A stretch of 64,000 nt of DNA from an uncultured Bacillota bacterium (lineage in GTDB: Bacteria; Sysuimicrobiota; Sysuimicrobiia; Sysuimicrobiales; Segetimicrobiaceae). Made by a program: the position numbers and the translations under genes. This document shows, piece after piece, positions 21,989-32,668 of this stretch. The notes under the pieces were generated by a model, which saw only the letters and a list, made by a program, of their open reading frames with translations, was not told the origin of the DNA and did not search any database. How positions within the stretch are numbered: position 1 is the first letter of the stretch; each line of letters begins with the position of its first letter. The stretch lies in assembly GCA_963804645.1 (NCBI GenBank), contig CAWDRG010000010.1, positions 128,001 to 192,000 on the forward strand, given 5' to 3'.

Positions 21989-22785
21989 GCAGCCGGCCAT
22001 CGACGCCCGCTGAGGCGGGCCCGATTCTGACCGTCGAGCGGTTGACGGTGAGGTTTGGCGGCCTGCTGGCGGTCAGCAACCTGTCCTTTGATGCGCGCAC
22101 GGGTGAGATCCTGAGCATCATCGGCCCGAACGGAGCGGGGAAGACGACGGTGTTCAACTGCATCACCGGATTCCAACGGCCCGCGAGCGGCCGGGTCGTC
22201 TTCCGCGGACAGCCGGTGACCTCGCTCCCGCCCGACCTCATCGTGGCGCGCGGCATCGCGCGCACGTTTCAGATGATTCGCCTGTTCCCCGGTCTCGAGG
22301 TGATCGAGAACGTCATGATCGGGCTGCACGCCCGAACGCGTGCCGGCACCATTGGGGCAGTCCTGCATACGCCGGGCGAGCGGCGGGAAGAAGCGTGGGT
22401 CCGGGAAGAGGCCCGCCGGTGGCTGGTGTTCGTTGGGCTGGAGCACCGCGCGCGTCACCAGGCCCGAACCCTCGCGTACGGCGATCAGCGGCGTGTGGAA
22501 ATCGCACGGGCGATGGCGACCGGGCCGCGGCTGCTCGTGCTCGACGAACCGGCGAGCGGGATGAACCCGGCCGAGAAGGACGATCTCGCCCGATTGGTCG
22601 CGGAGATCCGGGCGCTCGGCGTCACGGTCCTCCTCGTCGAGCACGACATGGGGGTCGTGATGGGGACGAGCGACCGCGTCATCGTCCTGAACTATGGGAC
22701 GCAGATCGCCGAGGGCACGCCGGACGAGGTCCAGCGCGACCCGGCGGTGATCGAGGCGTACCTAGGCCAGGAGGACAACGCGTGA
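21985..22785 (+). CDS. livG: Branched-chain amino acid ABC ATPase
   Basis: GPNGAGKT, RTFQ, LDEP, VIEAYLG. Confidence 0.92.
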   Translation: MSSRPSTPAEAGPILTVERLTVRFGGLLAVSNLSFDARTGEILSIIGPNGAGKTTVFNCITGFQRPASGRVVFRGQPVTSLPPDLIVARGIARTFQMIRLFPGLEVIENVMIGLHARTRAGTIGAVLHTPGERREEAWVREEARRWLVFVGLEHRARHQARTLAYGDQRRVEIARAMATGPRLLVLDEPASGMNPAEKDDLARLVAEIRALGVTVLLVEHDMGVVMGTSDRVIVLNYGTQIAEGTPDEVQRDPAVIEAYLGQEDNA

Positions 22786-23516
22786 CGACGCTGCTCGATG
22801 TCCGGGACCTGCGGACAGCCTACGGAGCGATCGAGGCCCTTCACGGCATCTCGTTTCACGTCGACGCGGGGGAGATCGTTGCGCTCCTCGGCGCGAACGG
22901 CGCCGGCAAGACAACAACACTGCGGACCATCTGCGGTCTGCTGGTTCCCCGCAGCGGCACCATCCGGTTCGCCGGCAAGCGGATCGACGGGCTTCAGGCG
23001 CACCGGGTCGTGCGGCTCGGACTCACGATGGTTCCGGAAGGAAGATGGATTTTCGGCGTCATGACCGTTGAGGAGAATCTGCGGCTCGGAGCGTATGTGG
23101 AACCCCACGTCCCCGCGGACGCCCTCGACCGCGTCTTCCAGCTGTTTCCCCGTCTCCGGGAGCGCCGGCGTCAGATCGCCGGAACGCTCTCGGGCGGCGA
23201 GCAGCAGATGCTCGCGATCGCGCGCGCGCTGATGACCAAGCCCCGTCTGCTGCTGCTGGACGAGCCGTCGATGGGACTCGCCCCAGTCATCGTGCGGGTG
23301 ATGTTACAGACGATCGGGGAGATCAACCGGGCCGGGACGACCGTGCTGCTGGTCGAGCAAAATGCGAGCGCGGCCCTTCGGTTGGCCACCCGGGGATACG
23401 TGCTGGAAAACGGCCAGATCGCGCTTGAGGGGACCGGCGCCGAGCTGACCCGTCACGAAGGAGTCCGGCGAAGCTACCTCGGGATACGCGTCTCGCCCGG
23501 CGGGCCCGGTCGCTGA
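22782..23516 (+). CDS. livF: Branched-chain amino acid ABC ATPase
   Basis: GANGAGKT, LSGGEQQM, LDEPSMGL. Confidence 0.92.
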   Translation: MTTLLDVRDLRTAYGAIEALHGISFHVDAGEIVALLGANGAGKTTTLRTICGLLVPRSGTIRFAGKRIDGLQAHRVVRLGLTMVPEGRWIFGVMTVEENLRLGAYVEPHVPADALDRVFQLFPRLRERRRQIAGTLSGGEQQMLAIARALMTKPRLLLLDEPSMGLAPVIVRVMLQTIGEINRAGTTVLLVEQNASAALRLATRGYVLENGQIALEGTGAELTRHEGVRRSYLGIRVSPGGPGR

Positions 23517-23991
23517 ACGAGGGAGCGCCGCTCGCGCGCCGTCGGCACCCGATACCCTGCACTCCCGCCGTCATCGGCTCCGCGCGGCAGGCGGTGCCGC
23601 GGCTGCGTGCGCGTCTTTGGAGGTTGTCGCCCCCCGGACTGACGGCCAGCCCAAACGTATCGCCGACATCTCCAAGCCACGAGTCGGCACGACCCCATTG
23701 TGAGCGACACCAGGACCAATCCTGCAAGAAGCAGCGTGCGCACGTCGGGTCGTCTCCTCGATCCATATCACCGGACGGTGCGCTCGCATCCTCTACGCGA
23801 CGCGTCCTTCGGAGGTGCACTCGGGATCCACCGAGAATTTCAAGTCCAGCATCTGCCGGTCGCCGCGTCGAGATACAGACGCCTCCGCGGAAGAAGGAGC
23901 GATGCGGGGGCGTTCGCTTCACTTCCTAAGAACGCAGGCGGCGCGATTCCGCGCACGCCTATCTGGCGGCGAACGGCGAAAGGAGGTACGC

Positions 23992-24828
23992 ATGGCATCC
24001 GACGCGTCCGTGTTTGGCGCGGGGCAGCGCGCGGGAACGGGCACCACGGTGCACTGGCAGGAGCTGTGGCGCCACGAGCTCGAGGCGATGCTCCCGCAGG
24101 CCCCGGTGGTGATCGTCCCGTGCGGCTCGGTCGAGCAGCACGGCCCGCACTGCCCGATGGATGTCGACATCAGCCACACGCAGGCGCTCGCCGTCGCCAC
24201 GGCGCGCGCGATCACCGAATTTCCCGTCGTGGTGGCCCCGCCGATCTGGATGGGGCTCACCCACTACAACATGGGCGAGATCGGCACACTTACGGTCAGC
24301 GTCGAGACTTACATCGCGCTCGTGTCCGAGATCTGCCGCAGCCTCTGGGCCAACGGATTCAAGCGGATCGTGCTGCTCAACGGGCACGGCGGGAACCGCG
24401 ACATTCTCCGCGTGATTTCGATCAAGCTGGCGGGGGAGGACATCTGGGCGCTGCCGATCACCTACTGGGAAATGGTGCCCGCCGCGATGCGGGCGGCCGC
24501 CGACACGGACGGAAGCAGCGTCGGGCACGGCGGGGAGTGGGAAACATCCCTGCAGCTGTATCTGCGCCCGACGCTCATCGACCGGGCGCGGGCGGTCGCG
24601 GACCCGGTCCGCGAGCCGCGGTTCTCCGACGACGTCTCCGCGTTCACGGGATTTCCCGAGCGGCGGCGCGAGGCCGCGCACGGGGTGATGGGCAATCCCG
24701 AGACGGCCTCCGCGCGCAAAGGTGAAATCCTCTTCACCGCCGCGCGGGATCGGCTCGTGGACGTCTGCCGGCAGTACCATGCGCTGCCCGTCCGCGGCTA
24801 TCGGGAGTTCGGCTCGCACTGTCCGTAG
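23992..24828 (+). CDS. Creatininase family amidohydrolase
   Basis: GSVEQHGPH...D, NGHGGN, HGGEWET; AAAGGAGG RBS. Confidence 0.9.
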   Translation: MASDASVFGAGQRAGTGTTVHWQELWRHELEAMLPQAPVVIVPCGSVEQHGPHCPMDVDISHTQALAVATARAITEFPVVVAPPIWMGLTHYNMGEIGTLTVSVETYIALVSEICRSLWANGFKRIVLLNGHGGNRDILRVISIKLAGEDIWALPITYWEMVPAAMRAAADTDGSSVGHGGEWETSLQLYLRPTLIDRARAVADPVREPRFSDDVSAFTGFPERRREAAHGVMGNPETASARKGEILFTAARDRLVDVCRQYHALPVRGYREFGSHCP

Positions 24829-24875
24829 CGCCGGCGCCCCCGCCGATCGTCGCCGCCCAACGAGGAGGTAGCCTG

Positions 24876-26723
24876 TTGCAGCGCGTCACGCGACGGACGT
24901 ATTCCGCCGGGCTCGCGATCGCGATCGGCGTGGCCGCCTGGCTGTATTACAGCTGGAGACTCTCGCTGACGGTCCCGGCCGGCCTCGACCTCTTCGACTT
25001 CGCGAACAATTTCCTGTACGCGGACGACATGCGCCACGGCAACTGGCTGCTGCACGGATGGGTCGTAACCCAAGACCCGCATTGGCTGACCGACGATCTC
25101 GTGTATGTAATCGGCCTCGCCGTACGAGGCTTCGACCCCTCGCTGCTCCATGCCGTCCCGGTGGTCGTCTATACCGTCCTCGTCGGCCTCGCCGCGTGGG
25201 CGGCGGTGGCCGGGCTGAACCTGCGCGCGGGCGAAGGGATCCTGGTCTCGGCGGTGGCCGTCCTCCCGCTCGTCTTCCCGTCTTCCGCGCTCGCCAGCCA
25301 GGTCCTGATCGGCCCGTACCACACGGGCACCACCGCCGCGGCGCTGGGCGCGATGCTCCTCCTCGCGCCGCGCGGCGGCGATGAGCCGCGCGCGGCGCGG
25401 ATGCGCCGGACCGTCGCGGGAGGCGCCCTGCTCGCGATCGGCCGGATCGGCGATCCGTACATGCTGACGCTCGGCATCGTGCCGGTGATCGCGGTCGCGC
25501 TCTACAGCGCCGTCGTCTACCGCGCGCGGCCGTGGAGCACGCCGGCGGGCCTTCCGCTCACCGCCGCGCTCGTGGCCTGGGCAGGGGCGGCCGGCGTCCT
25601 CGCCCTGATCCCCCACCTCGGGGGATTCACGATGCGCGCATCGCTCGCGCCGTTGATTCCCCTCTCCGAACTCGGACCGCGCCTATTGAGCTTTCTCGGC
25701 ACGTTCTTGGATCTCAGCGGCGGCGACATCTTCGGGATGAACTTCGGCAGCCTCCTGATCGTGACGCTCGTCCGGCTCGTGTACCTCTGCGCGGCCGCGT
25801 GGGCCGTCGCGCGCGTCCTCGGCGAGCTCCGCCGGGGCACCGAGCGGGACTGGACGACGTCGGTCTTGACCGCGGCTGTCCTCATCTCGGCGGCCGGGAC
25901 GTTCTTGTACGGCCCGAGCGACTACCTCGGGACCGAGCACCGGACGCCGGTATTTCTGCTGATGGGCGTCGTGCTCGCGCGCGATCTCGCCGCGCGACAC
26001 CGGCAGTGGTTTACGGATTCCGCCGCGCGGCGGACCACCGGAGCGGCCCTCCTGATCGGCGCGCTGCTCTTCGCGGCGCTTCCGCTCGACGAGCTCCAGC
26101 ATCCGGCGGGGTTCGACGATCCGGCGCGGTTCCCGCAGCTGGTCTTGGCGGGATGGCTCGATCAGCACGGCCTGCGGCGCGGGTACGGGCCGTACGATGA
26201 GGCGTCGATCATCACGGTCGAGACCCACGGCCGCGTCACCGTGCGCCCGCTGATCTCGACGGGCCGCTACGGCGCGCCGCCGCGCAGTACCTGGAGGCTC
26301 ATCCCCAACATTGAACTGATGGCGAACAGCGCCTGGTACGCTCCCTCGGCGGCTGGCACGTTCCTGATCGTGGACGGGCAGGACGTCGACGCGCAGACCG
26401 CCCGCGCGACGTTCGGAGCGCCCGATCAGACTTACCAAGTCGGGCAGTGGCAGGTATGGACCTGGTCGACCGGGATCGTGTGCACCCTCCCCGACGCCAC
26501 GCCGCAGGTGCGGGCCGAGGAAGCTGGCGGGACGCCGCCCGAGGGCGCCTCGTGCCGCCGCGCGCAGGGACCCTCGGCGGGCGGATCGCCGCCGGCCCGC
26601 CGCGGCGATCGAGCAGCCGGGCGGCCTACGGTCCCGCGCTCGGTCGGGCAGACGGCGTCCCTCGCGGACGGGGACGTGATTCGAGCGGCAGTCGCCACGG
26701 GGCAGATCCGCCCCCGACGCTGA
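24876..26723 (+). CDS. Polytopic membrane protein, possibly a GT-C-type glycosyltransferase
   Basis: Many hydrophobic segments, N-terminal loop LYADDMRHGNWLLHGW, soluble C-terminal domain; family call is inference. Confidence 0.55.
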   Translation: MQRVTRRTYSAGLAIAIGVAAWLYYSWRLSLTVPAGLDLFDFANNFLYADDMRHGNWLLHGWVVTQDPHWLTDDLVYVIGLAVRGFDPSLLHAVPVVVYTVLVGLAAWAAVAGLNLRAGEGILVSAVAVLPLVFPSSALASQVLIGPYHTGTTAAALGAMLLLAPRGGDEPRAARMRRTVAGGALLAIGRIGDPYMLTLGIVPVIAVALYSAVVYRARPWSTPAGLPLTAALVAWAGAAGVLALIPHLGGFTMRASLAPLIPLSELGPRLLSFLGTFLDLSGGDIFGMNFGSLLIVTLVRLVYLCAAAWAVARVLGELRRGTERDWTTSVLTAAVLISAAGTFLYGPSDYLGTEHRTPVFLLMGVVLARDLAARHRQWFTDSAARRTTGAALLIGALLFAALPLDELQHPAGFDDPARFPQLVLAGWLDQHGLRRGYGPYDEASIITVETHGRVTVRPLISTGRYGAPPRSTWRLIPNIELMANSAWYAPSAAGTFLIVDGQDVDAQTARATFGAPDQTYQVGQWQVWTWSTGIVCTLPDATPQVRAEEAGGTPPEGASCRRAQGPSAGGSPPARRGDRAAGRPTVPRSVGQTASLADGDVIRAAVATGQIRPRR

Positions 26724-26739
26724 CAGGGAGGTCGAACCC

Positions 26740-27735
26740 GTGAACCGACAAATCGTGCTTCAGAGCCGCCCGGCCGGGGCGCCGACGCCAGCAAACTTCG
26801 CGCTGGTGGAGCGCCCGATCCCCGAGCCCAGCGACGGCGAGGTCCTGACGCGCACGCTGTGGCTCTCCCTCGATCCCTACATGCGCGGGCGGATGAACGA
26901 CGCGCAATCGTACGCGTCCTCGGTGCCGATCGGAGGGGTCATGGTCGGCGGGACGGTCGGCGCGGTCGTCGCCTCGCGTGATCCACGCTTTTCCGCGGGC
27001 GACATCGTGCTTGGCTCCGGAGGCTGGCAGGAGTACGCGGTCCTGCCCGGCGCGAGCCTCCGCAAGCTCGACTCGGCGCTCGCGCCGGTCTCCTTGTTCC
27101 TCGGCGTGCTGGGCATGCCGGCGATGACCGCCTACGTCGGGCTCCTCGATCTCGGGCGGCCGCGCGAGGGCGAGACCGTGGTCGTCTCGGCCGCGTCGGG
27201 AGCCGTCGGCTCGGTGGTCGGCCAGATCGCCAAGATCAAAGGCTGCCGGACGGTGGGCGTGGCCGGCGGCCCGGACAAGTGCCGCTACGTGGTCGAGACG
27301 CTGGGCCTGGACGCGTGCGTCGATCACCGCGCGCCGGCGCTCGCCGAGGCGCTCGCGCGCGCCTGCCCGAACGGCGTGGACGTCTATTTCGAGAACGTCG
27401 GAGGGGCCGTGCAGCAGGCGGTGTGGCCGCTGCTCAATCAGTTCGCCCGCGTGCCGGTCTGCGGCCTGATCGCCCAGTACAACGACGAGACGCCGCGGCC
27501 GGGCCCGTCCATGTGGTCCGTCCTGAGAAAACGCCTGTCCGTGCGCGGGTTCATCGTGTCGGACCACGCCGACCGGCTGGACGCCTTTCTGCACGACATG
27601 TCCGCCTGGGTCCGCGAGGGCCGCGTGAAATACCGGGAGGATGTCGTCGACGGCCTGGAGCATGCGCCCGAGGCGTTCCTCGGCCTGCTGCAGGGACGCA
27701 ACTTCGGCAAGCTGCTTGTCCGCGTCGCCTCATAG
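26740..27735 (+). CDS. NADP-dependent oxidoreductase (CurA/YncB/PTGR-like MDR)
   Basis: LSLDPYMRGRM, GMPAMTAY, SAASGAVG, GRNFGK. Confidence 0.92.
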   Translation: MNRQIVLQSRPAGAPTPANFALVERPIPEPSDGEVLTRTLWLSLDPYMRGRMNDAQSYASSVPIGGVMVGGTVGAVVASRDPRFSAGDIVLGSGGWQEYAVLPGASLRKLDSALAPVSLFLGVLGMPAMTAYVGLLDLGRPREGETVVVSAASGAVGSVVGQIAKIKGCRTVGVAGGPDKCRYVVETLGLDACVDHRAPALAEALARACPNGVDVYFENVGGAVQQAVWPLLNQFARVPVCGLIAQYNDETPRPGPSMWSVLRKRLSVRGFIVSDHADRLDAFLHDMSAWVREGRVKYREDVVDGLEHAPEAFLGLLQGRNFGKLLVRVAS

Positions 27736-28260
27736 CCGCGCGGACGCCTTCGCGCGCCGCCGGCGGTAGAGCTTTCTCGTGAGCAGGATCTGCCCGGTGT
27801 GGTAGGCGTCGTGCGCCGCTTCCCCGAGCAGCAGCTGGATCGCCGAATAGCGCGGGCCCCCGGCCGCGTCGAACGCCTCCGGCGACAGCGCACCTATCGT
27901 GGTCTGGAGATCTCGATGGAGCCGCTCGAGCATCGCCAGCGCGCGGCGAAGCTCCGCGGCGGTCCGGCCCGCACGCGGCCACGCCTGGTTCGTCTGCCGG
28001 CTGCGTCCCCGCACGCGCTCGAGGACGTAGCGCTTCCAGTACGCAACGTGGTTGATCTGCTCCCACACGGAGTGGACGCCGCGCCCGGGAGTCCACCGCG
28101 CCTCCGCCAGCGATACGCCGCGCAGCGCGGCCCGCAGGCCCCGGTGACCCCAGTTGCGCCGCGCGAAGGTGTCCTCGCGAAACCTCACCAGATCGCGCCG
28201 CGCGAGCGCGTCCGTCCTCGGACGCGCGGGGCCCCGCGTGTTGCGCCCTCCCTCGGCCAC
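27730..28260 (-). CDS. DinB family protein
   Basis: HSVWEQINH...HDAYHTGQI. Confidence 0.83.
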   Translation of the reverse strand: MAEGGRNTRGPARPRTDALARRDLVRFREDTFARRNWGHRGLRAALRGVSLAEARWTPGRGVHSVWEQINHVAYWKRYVLERVRGRSRQTNQAWPRAGRTAAELRRALAMLERLHRDLQTTIGALSPEAFDAAGGPRYSAIQLLLGEAAHDAYHTGQILLTRKLYRRRRAKASARL

Positions 28261-28274
28261 CGCCGCGCCTCCCG

Positions 28275-29198
28275 TCAGCCGGCGGCCGTCTTGCCGGTCG
28301 ACCGGCTCAAGTAGCCCCGCGCCTCCAGGAACCCTTCGATCCGCTCGAGTTGCCGCAGCGTCTCGTCGTCCGCCACGGCCCCCGGATGACGGACGGTCGC
28401 GCTGCGGATCGCCCCGAGCCGCGCCAGCACCGCCTTGCGGAGCGACACGCCGAGTCCCGGCTGAAACTCGAAGCGAATCAGCGGCAGGATCGTGTAGAAC
28501 AGATCCGCCGCCTTATCGATCTCGCCCGCGCGGTGCAGCGTGTACAGACGCACCAGCAGATCCTGGTACACAAATCCCGTCATGATCCCGCACGCGCCGC
28601 GTTCGAGCTCCTCCAGCGCGTACAGGCCGCCGTAGGCGCCGAAGATGCCGAGCGACGCTCCGGCGAGGCTTCGGACCCGGTCGATTTTGGGACCGGTCGG
28701 CGGGTCTTCGAGCTTCACATACTGGACCTGTGTGATCTCCTTATAGAGGCGCGCCAGCAGCGGCGGCGACAGCATGACGCGCGTGGCGATCGGACAGTCG
28801 TGCACGATGATCGGGACGCTGACCGCCTCACCAATCCGCCGATAGTACTCGAAGATCACCTCGTCACTCTGCACCGGGAGCGGGCCGACCAACAGCGCGT
28901 CTGCCCCGAGATCGACGGCGCGCCGGCTCGCGTGAATCGCGGCGTCGGTCCCGTTGGCAAAGACGCCCGCGACCAGGGTATGCGTGCGCGGCAGGGCCTC
29001 GCGGAACAGTCGGACGACCTGCTCGCGCTCCGCGTCGATCAGCCGGTCGACCTCGCCCATGACACCGAGAATCGCGAGTCCGTTCACGCCGCGATTCACC
29101 ATGAACGCGGTCATCGTCCGGATGCTGTGCGCGTCGATCGCCCCACGCTCGTCGAACGGCGTCGGTACGATCGGATAGATCCCCGCCAACATCCGCAT
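28275..29198 (-). CDS. Dihydrodipicolinate synthase (DapA)-family aldolase/dehydratase
   Basis: GIYPIVPTPF, GVMGE, Schiff-base Lys in YVKLED. Confidence 0.88.
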   Translation of the reverse strand: MRMLAGIYPIVPTPFDERGAIDAHSIRTMTAFMVNRGVNGLAILGVMGEVDRLIDAEREQVVRLFREALPRTHTLVAGVFANGTDAAIHASRRAVDLGADALLVGPLPVQSDEVIFEYYRRIGEAVSVPIIVHDCPIATRVMLSPPLLARLYKEITQVQYVKLEDPPTGPKIDRVRSLAGASLGIFGAYGGLYALEELERGACGIMTGFVYQDLLVRLYTLHRAGEIDKAADLFYTILPLIRFEFQPGLGVSLRKAVLARLGAIRSATVRHPGAVADDETLRQLERIEGFLEARGYLSRSTGKTAAG

Positions 29199-29485
29199 CC
29201 CTCCCCAACGGCCTCCGCGCTGTCGATCGCGGCGGCGGTGCGGGCCCACCGAAGTCGTCTGGCCGCACGAGCACCTCAAGCGGCGACCGGCCGGCTCGCG
29301 CGCGAACGCGACAGCGATGGGTATTTGGGTATTATGGTTGAACGCGGTCCGGATCGTCCCCTCCAGCAAGACCGGTCGACGGACGGAGGGGTTCCCGCGG
29401 CCGGGGCGAATTCGAGGGCACGCGGCGACGTGCGCGATCATCCGCACGCCGGCGGCCGTCGGCGTCCGCGTGTCTGTCCACGCTG

Positions 29486-31816
29486 GTGGAGGCGATCGCT
29501 GTGGCTCAAGATCTGCGCCCGCACACATCGCATTGGGGGACGTTCAGCGCGGAGGTGCGGGACGGCGCCATCACGGCCATTCTCCCGTACGCGCGCGACG
29601 CCGATCCATCCCCGCTCCTTCAAAACATCCAGGGCAGCGTCCGGCACCGGACGCGGATCGCGCAGCCGATGGTACGGGCCGGGTGGCTCGACCGGGGTCC
29701 CGGACCGGACGCGCGCCGCGGGGCCGAGCCGTTCGTGCCCGTCGGGTGGGAGACCGTCACCAACCTGCTCGCGGCCGAGCTGCGCCGCGTCATCGACGCC
29801 GACGGGCCGCAGGCGGTCTACGGAGGCTCCTACGGATGGGGCAGCGCAGGCCGGTTCCATCACGCCCAGAGCCAGCTCCATCGGTTCCTGAACTGTCTCG
29901 GCGGCTACGTGGGGTCGGTCAACACCTACAGCATGGGCGCCTCGGCCGTGATCATGCCCCACGTCGTCGGCCTCCACGGCGAACTGACACAGCGGGCGAC
30001 CTCCTGGCCCCTGCTCGTCGCCAACACGCAGCTGATGGTCTGCTTCGGGGGCATTCCCCTCAAGAACGCCGCGGTCCAGTCGGGCGGCCTGAGCCGCCAT
30101 GCCGTGCGCGACCACCTGCGCGCCGCGGCCGACCGCGGCGTGGACTTCGTCCTCTTCAGCCCGGTGCGCGACGACCTGCCGGAGTTTCTGCCCGTCGAGT
30201 GGCACCCGCTCGTGCCCGGGACGGACACCGCCGTGATGCTCGGTCTCGCCCACACGCTGATCACCGAGGGGCTGCACGACCGCCCGTTCCTGGACCGCTA
30301 CTGCGTCGGCTTCGAGCGGTTCGAGCGCTATGTGCTCGGCCTCGACGACGGACGTCCCAAAACTCCGGAGTGGGCCGCACCGCTGTCGGGGATCCCGGCC
30401 GACGCGCTGCGCGCGCTCGCCCGCCGCATGGCGGGCTCCCGCACGCTCGTCACGGTCAGCTGGTCGCTGCAGCGCGCCGACCACGGCGAGCAGGTGCCGT
30501 GGATGGGCGTCACGCTGGCGGCGATGCTCGGCCAGATCGGGCTGCCGGGCGGGGGCTTCGGTTTCGGGTACGGCTCGGTCCAGGGAGTCGGCGGCCCGAT
30601 CTACGTGGGAATGCCGGCCCTGCCGCAGGGGCGAAACCGGGTCGACGCGTTCATCCCCGTGGCCCGGATCTCGGACATGCTGCTGCATCCCGGGGAGATG
30701 TTCGACTACGACGGCCGCCGGCTGGTGTACCCGAGCATCAAGCTGGTGTACTGGTGCGGCGGCAATCCGTTTCACCATCATCAGGACCTCGGCCGCCTGC
30801 GCCGCGCGCTCGCGCGCCCGGAGACCATCGTCGTGCACGACCCGTTCTGGACGTCGATGGCGCGGCACGCCGACATCGTGCTCCCCTCGACGATGACCCT
30901 GGAGCGCAACGACATCGGCGGCTCGCTGCACGACCCGTGTCTCGTCGCGATGCACCAGGCCGTGGCGCCGTACGCGCAGTCGCGGAACGATTACGATACC
31001 TTCACCGCGGCGGCCGCGGCGCTCGGGGTCGGCGAGCAGTTCACCGAAGGACGCTCCGAGATGGCGTGGATCGCGCACCTGTACGACGGCTGGCGCGAGG
31101 GGGTCGCGCAGTTTGGCGTGCACCTCCCGGTGTTTGAGGAGTTTTGGCGCGCCGGGTTCTTCGAGCTTCCGCAGACGGAAGACTCCAGGATCCTGTTCGG
31201 CGCGTTCAGGGACGACCCGGAGCGCGCTCCGCTGAACACGCCGAGCGGCCGCATCGAGATCTTCTCCTCGACGATCGACGGGTTTCACTACGACGACTGC
31301 GCCGGGCATCCGACGTGGTACGAGCCGGCGGAATGGCTCGGATCGCCGGCGGCCGAGCGGTTCCCGCTCGTGCTGGTCGCCAACAATCCCCGGACGCGAC
31401 TGCACAGCCAGCTCGACATGGGCGAGTTCAGCCGATCATCCAAGGTCCAGGGACGCGAGCCGGTCCGGATGCATCCGGACGATGCCGCGGCCAGGGGGAT
31501 CGCGGACGGCGACGTGGTGCGCCTCTTCAACGACCGCGGCAGCTGCCTCGCCGGGGCGGTGCTGAGCCGCGACGTGCGGCGGAGCGTCGTGCAGCTCTCG
31601 ACCGGAGCCTGGTACGATCCGCTGGACCCGACCGACCCGGGGTCCATGTGCGTGCACGGGAACCCCAACGTCCTCACGCGGGACCAGGGCACGTCGAAGC
31701 TGGCCCAGGGCTGCGCGGGCCAGCACTCGCTCGTGGAGGTCGAACGGTGGGACCGCCCGCTGCCGCCGATCCGCGTGCTGGAGCCGCCGCCGGTGCAGGT
31801 GCGCGACGGGCGCTGA
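29486..31816 (+). CDS. Molybdopterin oxidoreductase, BisC/TorZ-like, no signal peptide
   Basis: SHWG, PMVRAGWL, GGSYGWGSAGRFHHA, TYS (Mo-ligand Ser), RLHSQLD, HGNPNVLT. Confidence 0.9.
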   Translation: MEAIAVAQDLRPHTSHWGTFSAEVRDGAITAILPYARDADPSPLLQNIQGSVRHRTRIAQPMVRAGWLDRGPGPDARRGAEPFVPVGWETVTNLLAAELRRVIDADGPQAVYGGSYGWGSAGRFHHAQSQLHRFLNCLGGYVGSVNTYSMGASAVIMPHVVGLHGELTQRATSWPLLVANTQLMVCFGGIPLKNAAVQSGGLSRHAVRDHLRAAADRGVDFVLFSPVRDDLPEFLPVEWHPLVPGTDTAVMLGLAHTLITEGLHDRPFLDRYCVGFERFERYVLGLDDGRPKTPEWAAPLSGIPADALRALARRMAGSRTLVTVSWSLQRADHGEQVPWMGVTLAAMLGQIGLPGGGFGFGYGSVQGVGGPIYVGMPALPQGRNRVDAFIPVARISDMLLHPGEMFDYDGRRLVYPSIKLVYWCGGNPFHHHQDLGRLRRALARPETIVVHDPFWTSMARHADIVLPSTMTLERNDIGGSLHDPCLVAMHQAVAPYAQSRNDYDTFTAAAAALGVGEQFTEGRSEMAWIAHLYDGWREGVAQFGVHLPVFEEFWRAGFFELPQTEDSRILFGAFRDDPERAPLNTPSGRIEIFSSTIDGFHYDDCAGHPTWYEPAEWLGSPAAERFPLVLVANNPRTRLHSQLDMGEFSRSSKVQGREPVRMHPDDAAARGIADGDVVRLFNDRGSCLAGAVLSRDVRRSVVQLSTGAWYDPLDPTDPGSMCVHGNPNVLTRDQGTSKLAQGCAGQHSLVEVERWDRPLPPIRVLEPPPVQVRDGR

Positions 31817-31867
31817 GCGCCCGCCGCGCTCGCGCGCACGACGGGAGCGCCCCCGCTCCCGCGCCGT

Positions 31868-32668
31868 TCAGCGCACGCCGGCGCGCCCGAGCCCGGACTT
31901 GACGAGCTCGATCAGCGCGATCTCGCTGGTTTCCGACGTGGGCGTGTCGAGCACGATCTCGCCCGCGAACAGGAAGTTGAGGCGGTCGCACACTTCAAAG
32001 ATCTGGCTGTAGTTGTGGACGATCATGATGATCGACACCTCGCGGCGGCGGCGCAGCTCCTGAATCAGCGTCAGCACGTGCGCGCTCTCCCGCACGCCCA
32101 GCGCGGCCAGCGGCTCGTCGAGCATCAAGAGTTTGGGAGTCCCCCGCAGCGCGCGGGCCACCGCGATCGACTGGCGCTGCCCGCCCGACAACAGCGCCAC
32201 CGTGCTGTCCACGGACGGAATGTTGATGCCGAGCCCGTCCAGGTACTCCCGCGCCTCCCGCCGCATCCGGCGGTTGTCCAGCAGCGGCACGAGGCCCCAC
32301 AATCGGGCCTTGAGTTCGCGGCCAAGGAACATGTTCTGGTACACGGTGAGATCGTTAATCAGGGCCAGGTCCTGATAGACGGTCTCGATCCCGAGCGCCC
32401 GCGCGTCCGCCGGCGAGCGCAGCCGCAGCGGCGCGCCTTCCCACTCGATCGTGCCGCCGTCCGGCTGGTGGAACCCCGACAGAATCTTGATGAACGTCGA
32501 TTTGCCGGCGCCGTTGTCCCCGACGAGCGCGAGCACCTCACCGCGCCGCAGAAACAGATTCACATCGCGGAGCGCCGTCACGGCCCCGAAACTCTTGTGG
32601 ACGTGAACGGCGCGCAGGATCACGTCCGCGTCGTCCGCCAGCGGACGCACCTCGGGCGGGCGGCTCAT
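31868..32668 (-). CDS. Monosaccharide ABC transporter ATPase
   Basis: GDNGAGKS, YQDLAL, LSGGQRQ. Confidence 0.9.
   Translation of the reverse strand: MSRPPEVRPLADDADVILRAVHVHKSFGAVTALRDVNLFLRRGEVLALVGDNGAGKSTFIKILSGFHQPDGGTIEWEGAPLRLRSPADARALGIETVYQDLALINDLTVYQNMFLGRELKARLWGLVPLLDNRRMRREAREYLDGLGINIPSVDSTVALLSGGQRQSIAVARALRGTPKLLMLDEPLAALGVRESAHVLTLIQELRRRREVSIIMIVHNYSQIFEVCDRLNFLFAGEIVLDTPTSETSEIALIELVKSGLGRAGVR

Noticed and set aside
23765..23875. c-di-GMP-II-like riboswitch on the minus strand
   Set aside because: Only loose motif resemblance; I could not build the conserved helices and pseudoknot
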